A stretch of 64,000 nt of DNA from Candidatus Levyibacteriota bacterium (GCA_029260965.1 JAJDCG010000002.1:124707-188706), one strand, 5' to 3'. Shown: positions 30,831 to 41,829, numbered from the stretch's first letter. Notes: generated by a model not told the origin, from the sequence alone. Numbers and translations: made by a program.

Positions 30831-31487
30831 TTATTCTTTGATTAAATCTCTCAATTTCTGTGCTGCATCTTTAACTTTATTTTTCGCATCTTTTACTATT
30901 CCAAACACCTCTTTTAGGTCACTTTTTAGTGCTTGAACAGTTTCAGAAACTGACTCACCGAGATTGTCTGTGTTTGAAATGTCAGGTATATATTCTTTGC
31001 TGGCTTGGTTTACTATTGCTGTTTTGGCAGTTTCTATTGAGTCAGTCGCTGTTGCAATTGCAGCCTCTGTTTCAGCAGTGTCTTTTCCTTCATTTTTTGC
31101 AGCCTCGGTGTCTTCTGTAATCTTATTCAAAATCTCTTCAAGCCTTGCTGTTGCGTTTGTTAGTTTGTCCGTGTATTTTGTGTTCATAATAGTTAGTCTG
31201 TTCCCTATTTTTTCAATTATTGCTGCTTTTTTTTCATCATTTAGATTATTCAGTCTCTCACTAAATTTTTCATTCTCACCAGCAAAGCGTTTTTTTGCTT
31301 CCTCTCTTTGGGTTTTGACTTTTTCTCGAAATTCGGCTTGAGCTGCCTGACGCTTATTGATTGCATCTTTTCGTTGTTCTTTTGTAATACTTCCGTCAGG
31401 TGTGCTGGCAGATGATGTGGAATCTTGCGCATTTGCAACAGGTGCAAACAATAGGAAAAAACTGAGGATAAAAATAGAAATTTTCAT
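30831..31487 (-). CDS. secreted coiled-coil protein (signal peptide plus K/E/A-rich repeats)
   Basis: N-terminal MKISIFILSFFLLFAPVANA signal; the remainder is predicted coiled coil. Confidence 0.5.
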   Translation of the reverse strand: MKISIFILSFFLLFAPVANAQDSTSSASTPDGSITKEQRKDAINKRQAAQAEFREKVKTQREEAKKRFAGENEKFSERLNNLNDEKKAAIIEKIGNRLTIMNTKYTDKLTNATARLEEILNKITEDTEAAKNEGKDTAETEAAIATATDSIETAKTAIVNQASKEYIPDISNTDNLGESVSETVQALKSDLKEVFGIVKDAKNKVKDAAQKLRDLIKE

Positions 31488-31535
31488 TAGGTATTAGATA
31501 TAGTTTATGAATTTTTTCTGTCCTTTGTCAAGGCT

Positions 31536-33614
31536 CTAATCCGGTGAGACTTCTTGAAGAGTTATTTGTTTTGTTTTTTCTAAAAGTTTTGGATAGTTAG
31601 ATAATTTATCAAATAGTCTATCAGCTTCAGATTTAACAATTTGCAAAAGTTGAGTATCAGAAAAATTTGCAGCTTTTAGTTTTGGTATTCCATGTTGGGT
31701 GGTGCCATACATATTACCGGGACCACGTAGACGCAGGTCCAGTTCTGCCAGTTCTGCTCCCGAATAAAGCGTTTCCATTCCTTTGAGCCTTTTTGAGTTT
31801 TGTGCAAAATCATTGTCTGTAAATAAAAGACAATATGATTGTTTTTCTCCCCTACCTACTCTTCCGCGTAGTTGATGAAGCTGAGCAAGACCAAATCGTT
31901 CTGCGGTCTCAATCATGATAATTGTTGCGTTTTGTATGTCGATTCCTACTTCAACAACAGGAGTTGCAACCAAGATTTCGTATTTGCCTTTTTTAAATTC
32001 TTCTAAAATTTTGCTTTTTTCCTTTGCTTTTTGTTTTCCATGCAGGAGTCCAAGCTTTAGTTCGGGATAAACCTCATTTTTTAGCCTTTCAAACTCGATA
32101 TTTGCGGCTCTGACTGTCTGCATACTTTCTGATTCGTCTATAAAAGGACAAATTATAAATGCCTGTGATTTAGTCTCTTTAATCTGTTTTTTTATCCATT
32201 CATATGCTTTTTCTCGCTTTATAGGTGGTACAAGCCATGTTTTTACTATCTGCCTGCCCTTTGGCATCTCAGAGAGATACGAGAGATCTAGATCGCCATA
32301 CATAGTCAGGGCAACGGTTCTAGGTATGGGGGTTGCTGTCATGGTTAGAAGATGTGGATTTTCTCCTTTTTCTCGTATAACTCCTCTTTGGGCAACTCCG
32401 AAGCGCTGCTGCTCATCAATAATTACTAATTTTAGTTTGTCGAATTTTATACTTTCATGAAGTACTGCATGAGTACCAACCAGGATATCAGGCTTAAACA
32501 TTAAGTCCGAGGCATTGAGTTTTTTTTCTTCTCCTTTCTTACTTGCTCCCTTCCTCTTATTGGATCCTGTTGCGATGCCTACTTTTACCCCAAGAGGTTT
32601 TAGAAGATTTGAAATTGTTTTGAAGTGTTGTTCTGCCAGGATCTCAGTTGGTGCCATTAGGACTGACTGGTAGCCATTGAGAAAAGAAACAAACATCGCG
32701 ATTGCAGATACAACTGTTTTGCCTGATCCGACATCACCCTGAAGAAGCCTATTCATAGGCTTATTTCTAGATAAATCTTTTAAGATTTCCTCAATTGCTT
32801 TGTCTTGAGATGCTGTCAGAGTAAAAGGAAGTGAGTTTATAAGTTTTTTTATTTCATTATCAAATTTTTGAATTTCAAAAGGAGTTCCTTTTTTTTGCTT
32901 GTTCCATTTATCTCTTCTGACATTTGCTGCAAGTTGCATAAGGAGCAGCTCGTCAAATGCCAAGCGTTTTTTGGCTATTTTCGCATCGGTCAAGTTGGTG
33001 GGAAAATGTGTATTCTTTATCGCTTGTTTTATATCTGGAAAATTGTATTTTTTAATTAGATCACCTGGTAGGTATTCTTGAATCTCATCAAGTGTTTCTT
33101 TAATAATGTTATGTATCTGCCGACGCAGCCATTTGGACGAAACACCTTTTGTTTCAGGATAAATAGGTATAAGTCTTCCTGTGTGTAGCGGACTTGTCTG
33201 ATTGTTATAGAGCACTTCGTATTTTGGTGATTTGATGCTTTTTCCTTTTTTTGATAATTCTACTTTGCCGGAAATTGAGACATCAGCACCAATTGGCAAA
33301 TTCTTAACCAAAAAAGATTGGTTAAACCATGTCAGCTCAAGTTTTCCTGTTTCGTCCTCAATAACTGCTTTCTGGATGTTCTTTAGGCGTGTTGACCTGA
33401 CGTATTGATTTTTGATATCTGTTATTTTTCCCTGAACTGTGACAACTTCTCCCGGTTGTACATCAGATATTTTTGAGATCAATGAGTAATCATCGTATCT
33501 TGTCGGAAAGTGAAAAAGAAAATCTTCAAATTTTATAATTCCTAATTTTTCAAGTCTGCGCGCGTACATTTTGAGTGCGCGGTTTCCGTCTGTGATAGGA
33601 GCTTGTAAATTCAT
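31536..33614 (-). CDS. recG: ATP-dependent DNA helicase RecG
   Basis: N-terminal wedge/OB, helicase motif I GDVGSGKT, DEQQRFG (motif II). Confidence 0.9.
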   Translation of the reverse strand: MNLQAPITDGNRALKMYARRLEKLGIIKFEDFLFHFPTRYDDYSLISKISDVQPGEVVTVQGKITDIKNQYVRSTRLKNIQKAVIEDETGKLELTWFNQSFLVKNLPIGADVSISGKVELSKKGKSIKSPKYEVLYNNQTSPLHTGRLIPIYPETKGVSSKWLRRQIHNIIKETLDEIQEYLPGDLIKKYNFPDIKQAIKNTHFPTNLTDAKIAKKRLAFDELLLMQLAANVRRDKWNKQKKGTPFEIQKFDNEIKKLINSLPFTLTASQDKAIEEILKDLSRNKPMNRLLQGDVGSGKTVVSAIAMFVSFLNGYQSVLMAPTEILAEQHFKTISNLLKPLGVKVGIATGSNKRKGASKKGEEKKLNASDLMFKPDILVGTHAVLHESIKFDKLKLVIIDEQQRFGVAQRGVIREKGENPHLLTMTATPIPRTVALTMYGDLDLSYLSEMPKGRQIVKTWLVPPIKREKAYEWIKKQIKETKSQAFIICPFIDESESMQTVRAANIEFERLKNEVYPELKLGLLHGKQKAKEKSKILEEFKKGKYEILVATPVVEVGIDIQNATIIMIETAERFGLAQLHQLRGRVGRGEKQSYCLLFTDNDFAQNSKRLKGMETLYSGAELAELDLRLRGPGNMYGTTQHGIPKLKAANFSDTQLLQIVKSEADRLFDKLSNYPKLLEKTKQITLQEVSPD

Positions 33615-33828
33615 ACTTCTTTAATGAATTATATCATTTGCCATTTTTCTAGCTTATTGGAGGTAAAGAAGATATGGAAGAGTCGATGCAGCAATGAGTG
33701 CGATTGCAACAATAAAGACAACTATTTTCCAAAAAAGACTGTGTTTTTTAAACATATTTTTATAATTTACGATAAAAAATCAACTAATTAATATAAATTA
33801 TAGATAAGATGAGCTTAGGTATCAAGGA

Positions 33829-35022
33829 TTATTTTTTTAGAATTTTTATAAACTTACGTTTTCCCACTCTTAATATGCCTTCGCTTATTTGAAAATTAAT
33901 ATTTGAAACCTTTTCATTATTGAGAGCTACTCCACCTTGTTCTATTAGTCTTTTTGCTTCAGAATTGCTGGAAGCAAGTTTTGAATTTACCAATATGTCA
34001 ACAATGTTTGGTCCTCCATTGTTAAAGTTAAAAGTAAAGATTTTAATTTCATCAGGATTTTCGCCTTCTTGTACAGTTTTACCGAAGTTTTTTTCAGATT
34101 TGACTGCAGCTTCTTCATCGTTTAGTTGTTTAACTATCTCAAAAGCCATGCGTTTCTTGTATTCAATCGGATTTTTGCCAGATTTAATTTCCTTATCTAT
34201 TTTTTTAATTTCATCCATCCCTATATCTGTTAAGTATTCAAGACCTCTTACAATTACATCATCTCCTAGTGCCATAATCTCGCCAAACAGCTCATCCGGT
34301 TTATCAGTGAGTCCTATCACGTTTCCCTCAGTTTTTCCAATCTTTTTACCCTCACTGTCTGTAAGAAGCGGTGTTGTCATGACGAACTTGTCTTTATTTC
34401 TCATAGACTTCATGAGTGAACGGCCTGCAAGCATATTAAACATCTGGTCTGTACCGCCTATTTCCAGATCTACATCCATTGCAACAGAATCATATCCCTG
34501 AAGAAGTGGATATAAAAATTCGCGTAGATTTACTGTTTCTCCTCTTTTTATTCTTTCCTGGAAAAGATCACGTTCTGATAACTGTTGAAGTGAAAATTTA
34601 CCTGCTATTTCTAGAATATCTGTTAATGTAAGGCTATTTAGCCAATCACCATTGTACAAAATTTCAACAGGATTATCTCCTTTGAAATTCACAATTTTGG
34701 AAGCCTGCATGACATATTCGCGGGCATTTTCGCGCAGTTCCTCCCGTGTCATAAATTTATCTCGTGCTGTTAGTTTGCCTGATGGATCGCCTGCTTGACC
34801 CGTGCCGTCACCGATTAGAAAAATCACATGATGTCCCAAGTATTGCCACTGGCGGAGTTTTCTGAATCCTACCATATGTCCGATGTGAAGTCTTTCTCCC
34901 GTTGGGTCAAATCCCTGATAGAGTCTGAGTTTTTTACCTGAGCGGAGAACTTTTTCTAACTCTTCTTGTGATGGGTATATTTTGTCAACTCCTCGCGTCA
35001 GGAGTTCTTCAATCTTGTCCAT
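33829..35022 (-). CDS. tyrS: tyrosyl-tRNA synthetase
   Basis: HIGH (LHIGH), KMSKS-like (KIGKTEGN) and a C-terminal S4-like domain. Confidence 0.85.
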   Translation of the reverse strand: MDKIEELLTRGVDKIYPSQEELEKVLRSGKKLRLYQGFDPTGERLHIGHMVGFRKLRQWQYLGHHVIFLIGDGTGQAGDPSGKLTARDKFMTREELRENAREYVMQASKIVNFKGDNPVEILYNGDWLNSLTLTDILEIAGKFSLQQLSERDLFQERIKRGETVNLREFLYPLLQGYDSVAMDVDLEIGGTDQMFNMLAGRSLMKSMRNKDKFVMTTPLLTDSEGKKIGKTEGNVIGLTDKPDELFGEIMALGDDVIVRGLEYLTDIGMDEIKKIDKEIKSGKNPIEYKKRMAFEIVKQLNDEEAAVKSEKNFGKTVQEGENPDEIKIFTFNFNNGGPNIVDILVNSKLASSNSEAKRLIEQGGVALNNEKVSNINFQISEGILRVGKRKFIKILKK

Positions 35023-35061
35023 AGTATGAGTATAACATAAACTTTTTTCAAATTTGATATA

Positions 35062-37383
35062 ATGTATGATACTTCTATGAATTACTTATCTAGACGCAGA
35101 AGTAGACTTGCTAGAAAAAATGTGTTTTCAGGACGCAAAATAAAGATTCCTGGATTATCTAAAATACTTTCAGGCAATAAGCTTCCCAGATATGCTTTTT
35201 ATTCACTAATAGCACTTGTTGTTGCGATTCCCCTTGTGTTTTTATGGTTCTCCCGTGATCTTCCCACACCTGGAAAACTGATAACCTCTCAATACAAAGA
35301 CGCAACACGAATTTATGATCGAGAAGGAGAGCTTCTTTACTCTGTGTTTCAGGATGAGAACAGAACATATGTATCACTTGATAAAATACCTAAAAAACTT
35401 CAGGAGGCTACTATTGCTATAGAAGATGAAGATTTTTATGAGAATAGTGGATTTTCTCCCATTGCTTATCTTCGTGTCGCGCGCGACGCGGTGCTAGGTC
35501 GTGGTCTTACAGGAGGATCAACAATTAGTCAGCAGCTTGTAAAAAACGTGCTTCTTTCAAGCGAGCGAACGCTCCCACGTAAGATAAAAGAGTTGATCCT
35601 TGCGATTCAGGTTAATCAGCGCTACAGTAAAGATGAAATACTTGAGATGTATCTTAACAACATTCCTTATGGTGGAACTGCAATTGGGGCCGAGGCAGCA
35701 TCTCAGCAATATTTTGGTAAAAAAGCACAGGAATTAGATCTTGCTGAGTCGGCATTCCTGGCTGGCCTTCCTCAATCGCCGACTAGATACGCACCGTTTA
35801 CAGGAGGGGATGCATACATTGGTAGGACTGAGGCGGTTCTCAAGCAAATGGTTACTAATGATTATATAGTACAAGATGAAGCAGACAAGGCACTAGATAA
35901 AATCAAAAAATATAAATTTTCAGACAGAAATGAAGCAATAAAAGCGCCACATTTTGTGATGTACGTTAGAGAGCTTCTTGCGGAAAAATTTGGCGAGGCA
36001 GCTGTTACTTCAGGAGGGCTTCAGGTAACAACATCTCTTGATTATAAGATTCAAGACGAAGCTGAAAAAATAGTTAAAGAAGAGGTAGGTAGCTTGAAAG
36101 CTGAAAAGGTAGGAAATGGTGCAGCCATGGTGACTGATCCCAAAACGGGTGAGATTCTGGCAATGGTTGGTTCTAAAGATTATTTTGACCGAGAAAATGA
36201 TGGTAATTTTAATGCAGCAGTGCAAGCAAAAAGACAGCCTGGTTCTTCGATGAAGCCGATTGTCTATGCAGCTGCGCTGGAAAAGGGCTATACAGCATCC
36301 ACTCTTTTGTTTGATGCGAAAACAGAATTCCCGTTGGGTTCAGGTCAGGAACCATATATACCTGGAAATTACGATGGTAATTTTATAGGACCAGTACAGA
36401 TGAGATTTGCCTTGGGCAATTCACTTAATATACCAGCTGTAAAGATACTGGCTATGACTGGTATAGATTCTGTGATGAAAAAAGCATACGAGATGGGAAT
36501 TGAGAATTGGGAACCGACAGCAGAAAACAAAGCAAGAGTGGGTTTGTCTCTGGTTTTGGGAGGACGGGAAATATCACTCCTTGAAGAAATGACAGCATAC
36601 GGAGTACTTGCCAACAAAGGGATCAAGAAAGAGCCGGTTGGTATATTAAAAGTTACAAATGCAAAAGGTAAAACATTATTCCAACACAAAGATACAGATG
36701 GTAAAAAAGTACTTTCAGAAGAAATTGCTTTTATTGTTTCACATATTCTTTTGGACAATAATGCTAGAACAGGTGCTTTTGGACCTAGCTCTTCATTGAA
36801 TATTTCTGGAAAGACAGTATCGGTCAAGACTGGTACAACTAATGAAAAACGGGATAATTGGACAATCGGATATACCCCTTCGTATGTTGTGGGTGTTTGG
36901 GTCGGTAATAATGACAATACTCCAATGAATCCTTCAATTGCCAGTGGTATCACTGGAGCATCTCCCATCTGGAACAAGATAATGAGTGTAGTACTTGATG
37001 GAAAACCAGATGAGCAGCCTGAAAAACCAGAAAATGTAATTGCACTTCAAATCGATGCTTTTGGAGGAGGATTACCTCATGGAGCTCAACCGACAAGATC
37101 TGAGTATTTTGTCAAAGGAACAGAGCCAACAGCGGAATCTGGAATATATCAGAGTAAGGATGGGCAAGAATATTTTGTTTTTAAAGAAGAAGATCCTGTA
37201 TCAACAGATGGTCGTAATCGATGGCAGGAGGGTATAAATGCCTGGATAGAGCAATTCCGCAAAGAAGATAAGATGTACAATCCGCCGGATGAGTTGAAAA
37301 ATCCAGGAAAAAGCGAGGAGGAAAAAAAAGAAGAAGAGGAAGAGGTCGAAGGAGAATCAGTAACTCCAACGCCTACTTCTTAA
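35062..37383 (+). CDS. class A penicillin-binding protein (glycosyltransferase GT51 plus transpeptidase)
   Basis: GT51 motifs EDxxFxxHxG-like (EDEDFYENSG), RKxxE and (KELI/RKIKE). SxxK (SSMK), SxN and KTGT transpeptidase motifs. Confidence 0.9.
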   Translation: MYDTSMNYLSRRRSRLARKNVFSGRKIKIPGLSKILSGNKLPRYAFYSLIALVVAIPLVFLWFSRDLPTPGKLITSQYKDATRIYDREGELLYSVFQDENRTYVSLDKIPKKLQEATIAIEDEDFYENSGFSPIAYLRVARDAVLGRGLTGGSTISQQLVKNVLLSSERTLPRKIKELILAIQVNQRYSKDEILEMYLNNIPYGGTAIGAEAASQQYFGKKAQELDLAESAFLAGLPQSPTRYAPFTGGDAYIGRTEAVLKQMVTNDYIVQDEADKALDKIKKYKFSDRNEAIKAPHFVMYVRELLAEKFGEAAVTSGGLQVTTSLDYKIQDEAEKIVKEEVGSLKAEKVGNGAAMVTDPKTGEILAMVGSKDYFDRENDGNFNAAVQAKRQPGSSMKPIVYAAALEKGYTASTLLFDAKTEFPLGSGQEPYIPGNYDGNFIGPVQMRFALGNSLNIPAVKILAMTGIDSVMKKAYEMGIENWEPTAENKARVGLSLVLGGREISLLEEMTAYGVLANKGIKKEPVGILKVTNAKGKTLFQHKDTDGKKVLSEEIAFIVSHILLDNNARTGAFGPSSSLNISGKTVSVKTGTTNEKRDNWTIGYTPSYVVGVWVGNNDNTPMNPSIASGITGASPIWNKIMSVVLDGKPDEQPEKPENVIALQIDAFGGGLPHGAQPTRSEYFVKGTEPTAESGIYQSKDGQEYFVFKEEDPVSTDGRNRWQEGINAWIEQFRKEDKMYNPPDELKNPGKSEEEKKEEEEEVEGESVTPTPTS

Positions 37384-37828
37384 ACTTCATTTTGGATAAG
37401 TCTTGATTTAGAAATATGCAGTCAATTGCCTTCAGTTCTTCTTCAAATGGGGACTTACTATCAATAGGATTTAGAATAAAAATCCGAAGTTTCTGCATGT
37501 AGGCTACGGTTATTTCCATAAGTACATTTCCTCCGATGTAGCCCTTAATCCCTTTTTTTTCATTGTTCACAACAAGAATTGCATCCGATCTTAAGATTTT
37601 TTTGAAATGTCCGTCCATGAGGGATTTTTTTATTTTGTAATCTTTTTCGTTTGTAAGCCATGTGCGGTGTTTGTTATCATTATAGTCACCCTTTTTCTGC
37701 ATAATCCGCGCGGTTTTGGGAATAAGAACCTTGTAGCCTGACTTTTTTAACTTTTTTTCAACACTAATCACATCCTTATAAAAAGAGGCGCTTGAGCAGA
37801 TGCAGATAATTTTTTTATTATTTGCCAT
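37373..37828 (-). CDS. hypothetical Rossmann-like protein (possibly nucleoside 2-deoxyribosyltransferase-like)
   Basis: Start set at the internal Met (MANNKKIICICSS...). Weak similarity only. Confidence 0.4.
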   Translation of the reverse strand: MANNKKIICICSSASFYKDVISVEKKLKKSGYKVLIPKTARIMQKKGDYNDNKHRTWLTNEKDYKIKKSLMDGHFKKILRSDAILVVNNEKKGIKGYIGGNVLMEITVAYMQKLRIFILNPIDSKSPFEEELKAIDCIFLNQDLSKMKFKK

Positions 37829-38087
37829 AGAAAATTTTTTGCCAGATATTACGTACAACTGGAAGGGTGAGGGTTGATAGGAAAAAACCAATTGAAGGTA
37901 TGAGTGCATTAGCCCAAGGGTTGGGGTTTTGGATTGTTGAAAGAGTAAATCCTGCAACTACATATGTTAGTATGCTCAAAATTACCTTTCTTGTAACACT
38001 TGTTTCCCAGGCTTTATTTGTGTCAACCTTTCTATTGCGACTTTTCAGTTCTTCAATCTCAAATTTTAATTTATTGAGCTCAGACAT
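37818..38087 (-). CDS. small membrane protein, 89 aa
   Basis: Coiled N-terminus plus two TM helices. Lies immediately downstream of pheT on the same strand. Confidence 0.35.
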   Translation of the reverse strand: MSELNKLKFEIEELKSRNRKVDTNKAWETSVTRKVILSILTYVVAGFTLSTIQNPNPWANALIPSIGFFLSTLTLPVVRNIWQKIFYGK

Positions 38088-38088
38088 A

Positions 38089-40041
38089 TTATTCTTTGAT
38101 ATTCGCGTTATGTTTTCTTTTTAGTTCCACTAAGATTTTTTTCCGAAGCTCACCCACTTCTTTGACAGTTAAATTACGCTTATCGCTCTGATATCTTATG
38201 TGAAATGTACGCGTATCCTCATATTTATCAAGAAGCGAGACCTCTTTAACAAGCGGGCTTTGTTTTTCTATGGTACTCATGAGGTCTCCTGTCGCAATAT
38301 TTTTTTCTGCGATGATTGAAAGGTCTTCAACAATGGGCGGAAACTTACTAATAGGCTTGTATGTTTTTTTAAATGTTGCATGTTCAAGTATCTTTTCAAA
38401 ATCCAGTTCGAAATCTACAATTTCTTCATCAAGGATTTCTATCTCCCCAATTATCTCATTATTAAATTTCAGAATAGCACCATTTCCGTCTGTTGCCTGA
38501 GAAAATGAAATGTCAACAAGGCCAAGATCTTGAAGTAAATTTTCCAGTAAGCCCTTTATTTTGAAAAATGATAAATTTTTATCTCTTACAACTCCTGCCA
38601 TTCTCTGTGTTTGTAAAGGCAGTTCCTGTCCGTTTTTTGCATAAACATTCCCTATCTCAAAAATGGATATTTTCTCATGTGTTTTGTTTTCACTGACAAT
38701 TTTTAGGAGGCTTGGTACTAGACTTTTTCTCATATAGACAAACTCCTCATTTAACGGGTTTTGTATAGTTACAGCCTTGTCCAGCTCCCCTTCATAAAGA
38801 TTTTCTGAGACCATAGGATATGTATAAACCTCGTTAAAACCCCAATATTTTAATGCATTTTTAGCATGTGATTCAAAATAAAACTGATTATTTTCAAGTG
38901 GAGATATATCTTGGGTGCTAACAGCTGGAAGTTGATTTGGTATATTGTGATAGCCATAAATTCTAGCAATTTCCTCGATAATATCTTCTTCTATTTCCAC
39001 GTCTTGAGTACGAAATGTTGGCGGAGTTGTCAAAAGAGTCCCATTTTCTGTCTTAGTTTCAAATCCTAGATCCCTGAGGATACCAGCTGATGTATCAAGC
39101 GGTATGTTAACACCTATTACCTGATCAATTTTTTCTTTTTTTACGCTGATAGTATTGGATTTGATTTTATCAGGATAGATATCAATAATCTCAGATATTA
39201 TTTTCCCTTCTGCCAGGTCCCTGAAAAGTTCTGCGCCATGTATTAGCGCATCCATTGCGAGAGTCGGATCAATACCTTTTTCATTTAGTATCGCGGCCTC
39301 AGTTCTGATGCCCAATCTCATGGAGGTTTTCCTTATCCTATGCGGATCATTGTTGTTGATAAAAAAAAGAATTTTCTTGGTTTCATCTGTTACAGCACTA
39401 TTTTCAAGACCCATCACGCCCATTAGATCAATTATGTTTCCTAGTCCGTCATCTGCCACAATATCTCCACCCGTGAGTATGTATTTTTTGCCATCAAGTG
39501 TCTTTATCTCCTCTTTGGGTCGAGACTCACGGATGTTGAGTGTCTTTGTTGGTATTTTGTCAAAATCAAAAACGTGTGTGGGGTGACCAATGGTTCGCAT
39601 TACATAATTTGTAATGTCTATTAGATTGTTGAGGCTTCTTATGCCGCTTGACTCGAGTCTACTTTTTATTTTATCAGGAGATTTTTTGACAGAAACCTCC
39701 ATTACAACAGCGCAAATTCTTTTTGTCAGATTTGATTTTATTGTTATACTTACCTTTTCGGTTATTTCTAATACTTTTGGTGTCTCAAGTCTGGGTTTTA
39801 CAAATGTTGCTTCTAGATCATTGTGACTCAGGACTGTTGCTGTCTCTCTGGCAAGTCCAACAATGGACATAAGATCAGGCCTGTTGGTCGTAACCTCTAT
39901 ATCATAGAGATAATCGTCTCCTTTTTTTTCAAGTCTTTCAACAGAAACGCTTGAAAGCGAGAGAAGTTCTGCTATCTTTTTTGGAGAAGCCTCTGTTCGC
40001 AGATGTTCTCTTAGCCAGCTGTCTAGTATTCGTATATTCAT
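38089..40041 (-). CDS. pheT: phenylalanyl-tRNA synthetase beta subunit (short form without the N-terminal tRNA-binding domain)
   Basis: B3/B4, B5 and C-terminal anticodon-binding-like regions; paired with pheS. Confidence 0.85.
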   Translation of the reverse strand: MNIRILDSWLREHLRTEASPKKIAELLSLSSVSVERLEKKGDDYLYDIEVTTNRPDLMSIVGLARETATVLSHNDLEATFVKPRLETPKVLEITEKVSITIKSNLTKRICAVVMEVSVKKSPDKIKSRLESSGIRSLNNLIDITNYVMRTIGHPTHVFDFDKIPTKTLNIRESRPKEEIKTLDGKKYILTGGDIVADDGLGNIIDLMGVMGLENSAVTDETKKILFFINNNDPHRIRKTSMRLGIRTEAAILNEKGIDPTLAMDALIHGAELFRDLAEGKIISEIIDIYPDKIKSNTISVKKEKIDQVIGVNIPLDTSAGILRDLGFETKTENGTLLTTPPTFRTQDVEIEEDIIEEIARIYGYHNIPNQLPAVSTQDISPLENNQFYFESHAKNALKYWGFNEVYTYPMVSENLYEGELDKAVTIQNPLNEEFVYMRKSLVPSLLKIVSENKTHEKISIFEIGNVYAKNGQELPLQTQRMAGVVRDKNLSFFKIKGLLENLLQDLGLVDISFSQATDGNGAILKFNNEIIGEIEILDEEIVDFELDFEKILEHATFKKTYKPISKFPPIVEDLSIIAEKNIATGDLMSTIEKQSPLVKEVSLLDKYEDTRTFHIRYQSDKRNLTVKEVGELRKKILVELKRKHNANIKE

Positions 40042-40052
40042 AAATTGCTTGT

Positions 40053-41081
40053 TCAGAATTGTGTCAAAAAATCCAGGTTATTTGCATAAAGTGTTCTGAG
40101 ATCGTTAATTTGAATTCCTTCTTTCATCATCAGCACTCTTTCTACTCCCCATCCAGATGCAAAGCCAGAATATTTTTCAGGATCGATGCCGCAGTTCTTG
40201 AGAACATTTGGGTGCACCATACCCGCCCCACCTATTTCAAGCCAACCCTCTTTGCAGAGTTTACAGCCACGACCATCACAAACTCCACACGAAACATCTG
40301 TCTCAAATGAAGGTTCTGTAAATTGGAAATGGTAGGGTCTGATTCTGGATTTTCTGTTTTCACCAAAATATGATTTGACGAAAAAATCAAGAGTTCCCTT
40401 CAGGTCAGCAATAGATATTTTTTCACCTATAACCAATGTTTCAAATTGGTGAAACATAGGTGTGTGGGATACGTCAGATTGTCTTCTGTAAGTTTTGGCA
40501 ATATTTAGCATCTTTATCGGCGGTTTGCTGTTTTCCATTTGTCTGATTTGTCCTGATGAGGTGTGGGGTGTAAGAACAAGAGAGCCATATTTTGGGTGTG
40601 GGTCCTGTTGTATAAAAAAGGTTTCCCAGTCGTCACGGGCTGGATGATTTTCGGGAAAGTTGAGTGCCTCAAACGCATACCAATCCCATTCTATTTCAGG
40701 ATAGCGGACACGCGTGAAGCCGATGTGCTCAAATATTTTTGTTATCTCCTGTATTGCTTGTGTGACAAGATGGAGGGAGCCAAGCGGTGGCTTAATGCCA
40801 GGTTCAGTTATATCAATGATAAAATTTGTTTGTCTTTTTTTGTTTAGTTCATTTTCTTTTCTATTTATTGCATCTTCTATAACGTTTTTTGTATTGTTTG
40901 CAACCCGTCCCATGAGCGGTTTCTCATCATCCGGCAGCTTAGTGAGATCTTTAAGTGCAATTGTCAGCTTGCCCGAGCGTCCGAGGAATTGGAGTCTTAT
41001 TGCATCAAGTTCCTTATTGTTTTCTGCGTCAAGAATCATTGAAAGCGCGTTGTTCTTGATTGTTAGAAATTCTTTTTCCAT
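40053..41081 (-). CDS. pheS: phenylalanyl-tRNA synthetase alpha subunit
   Basis: Class II motifs 2 and 3 (FRPxxFPFTEPS-like FQFTEPSFE; GxGxGxER-like GWGVERV). Confidence 0.9.
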   Translation of the reverse strand: MEKEFLTIKNNALSMILDAENNKELDAIRLQFLGRSGKLTIALKDLTKLPDDEKPLMGRVANNTKNVIEDAINRKENELNKKRQTNFIIDITEPGIKPPLGSLHLVTQAIQEITKIFEHIGFTRVRYPEIEWDWYAFEALNFPENHPARDDWETFFIQQDPHPKYGSLVLTPHTSSGQIRQMENSKPPIKMLNIAKTYRRQSDVSHTPMFHQFETLVIGEKISIADLKGTLDFFVKSYFGENRKSRIRPYHFQFTEPSFETDVSCGVCDGRGCKLCKEGWLEIGGAGMVHPNVLKNCGIDPEKYSGFASGWGVERVLMMKEGIQINDLRTLYANNLDFLTQF

Positions 41082-41150
41082 AAGTATTATAATTATTATC
41101 TCATTTCATCCTTAATTTGTCATGTTAGTGCAATTTTAGATATATTACAC

Positions 41151-41173
41151 AAAAAAACCTCCTTTTTGGGAGG
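41151..41173 (-). terminator. Rho-independent terminator between rplT and pheS (minus-strand reading)
   Basis: Minus-strand reading is CCTCCcaaaaaGGAGG followed by TTTTTTT. Confidence 0.5.
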
Positions 41174-41270
41174 CTGTTGTTTGGTTTTTACCTATTTTAC
41201 CAATTACTTATCCTTCCGATTCGGGAAAGTAAAGTAAAAGTAAAACAAATTTGTTTGTAGTTTGTTCATG

Positions 41271-41621
41271 TTATGACTTTTTTGCTGCATCAACAATTTT
41301 TTTGAAAGTTTCTTGATCCTCAACTATTAGATTTGAGATAATTTTACGATCAAGTTCGATTTTTGCTTTTTTGAGTTTGTTGATGAACACACTGTATGAG
41401 ACACCTTCTTTTTTGACAGCTTCAGCAATTCTTGTAATCCAAAGAGTTCTGAAATTTCTCTTGCGCAGTTTCCTTCCATGGTATGCGTATGAACCTGCAT
41501 GGAGGCTTGCCTCTTTTGCTACTTTAACCAATTTTGATTTTGTACCACGATATCCTTTAGTCATGGACAAAAGCTTGTTATGTTTTCTTTTTGATACTGT
41601 ACCTCTTTTTATTCTTGCCAT
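41271..41621 (-). CDS. rplT: 50S ribosomal protein L20
   Basis: MARIKRG...RKRNFRTLWI. Confidence 0.9.
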   Translation of the reverse strand: MARIKRGTVSKRKHNKLLSMTKGYRGTKSKLVKVAKEASLHAGSYAYHGRKLRKRNFRTLWITRIAEAVKKEGVSYSVFINKLKKAKIELDRKIISNLIVEDQETFKKIVDAAKKS

Positions 41622-41625
41622 AGTT

Positions 41626-41829
41626 TTATCCTTTTGCTAGTAATTTTTTAATTTTTTTGCCGAATTTTCCTTTTAATTCTGCTGGTTCTTTTATTTTCCT
41701 AAGTCTTCTTTTAGATTTGCCAAGCTTCAGATGGCTCCCAAATTGATGACCATGCATGACCTTCCCTGTTTTCGTGACCTTGAATCTTTTACTTGCTGAT
41801 TTCCTTGTTTTTAGTTTTGTTTTTTTCAT
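41626..41829 (-). CDS. rpmI: 50S ribosomal protein L35
   Basis: MKKTKLKTRKSASKRFKVTKTGKV. Confidence 0.85.
   Translation of the reverse strand: MKKTKLKTRKSASKRFKVTKTGKVMHGHQFGSHLKLGKSKRRLRKIKEPAELKGKFGKKIKKLLAKG

Noticed and set aside
33651-33755. 34-codon minus-strand ORF (MFKKHSLFWKIVVFIVAIALIAASTLPYLLYLQ) in the recG-tyrS gap
   Set aside because: It is a plausible small membrane protein, but it is short, has no clear RBS and no conservation can be checked here. Left unannotated.
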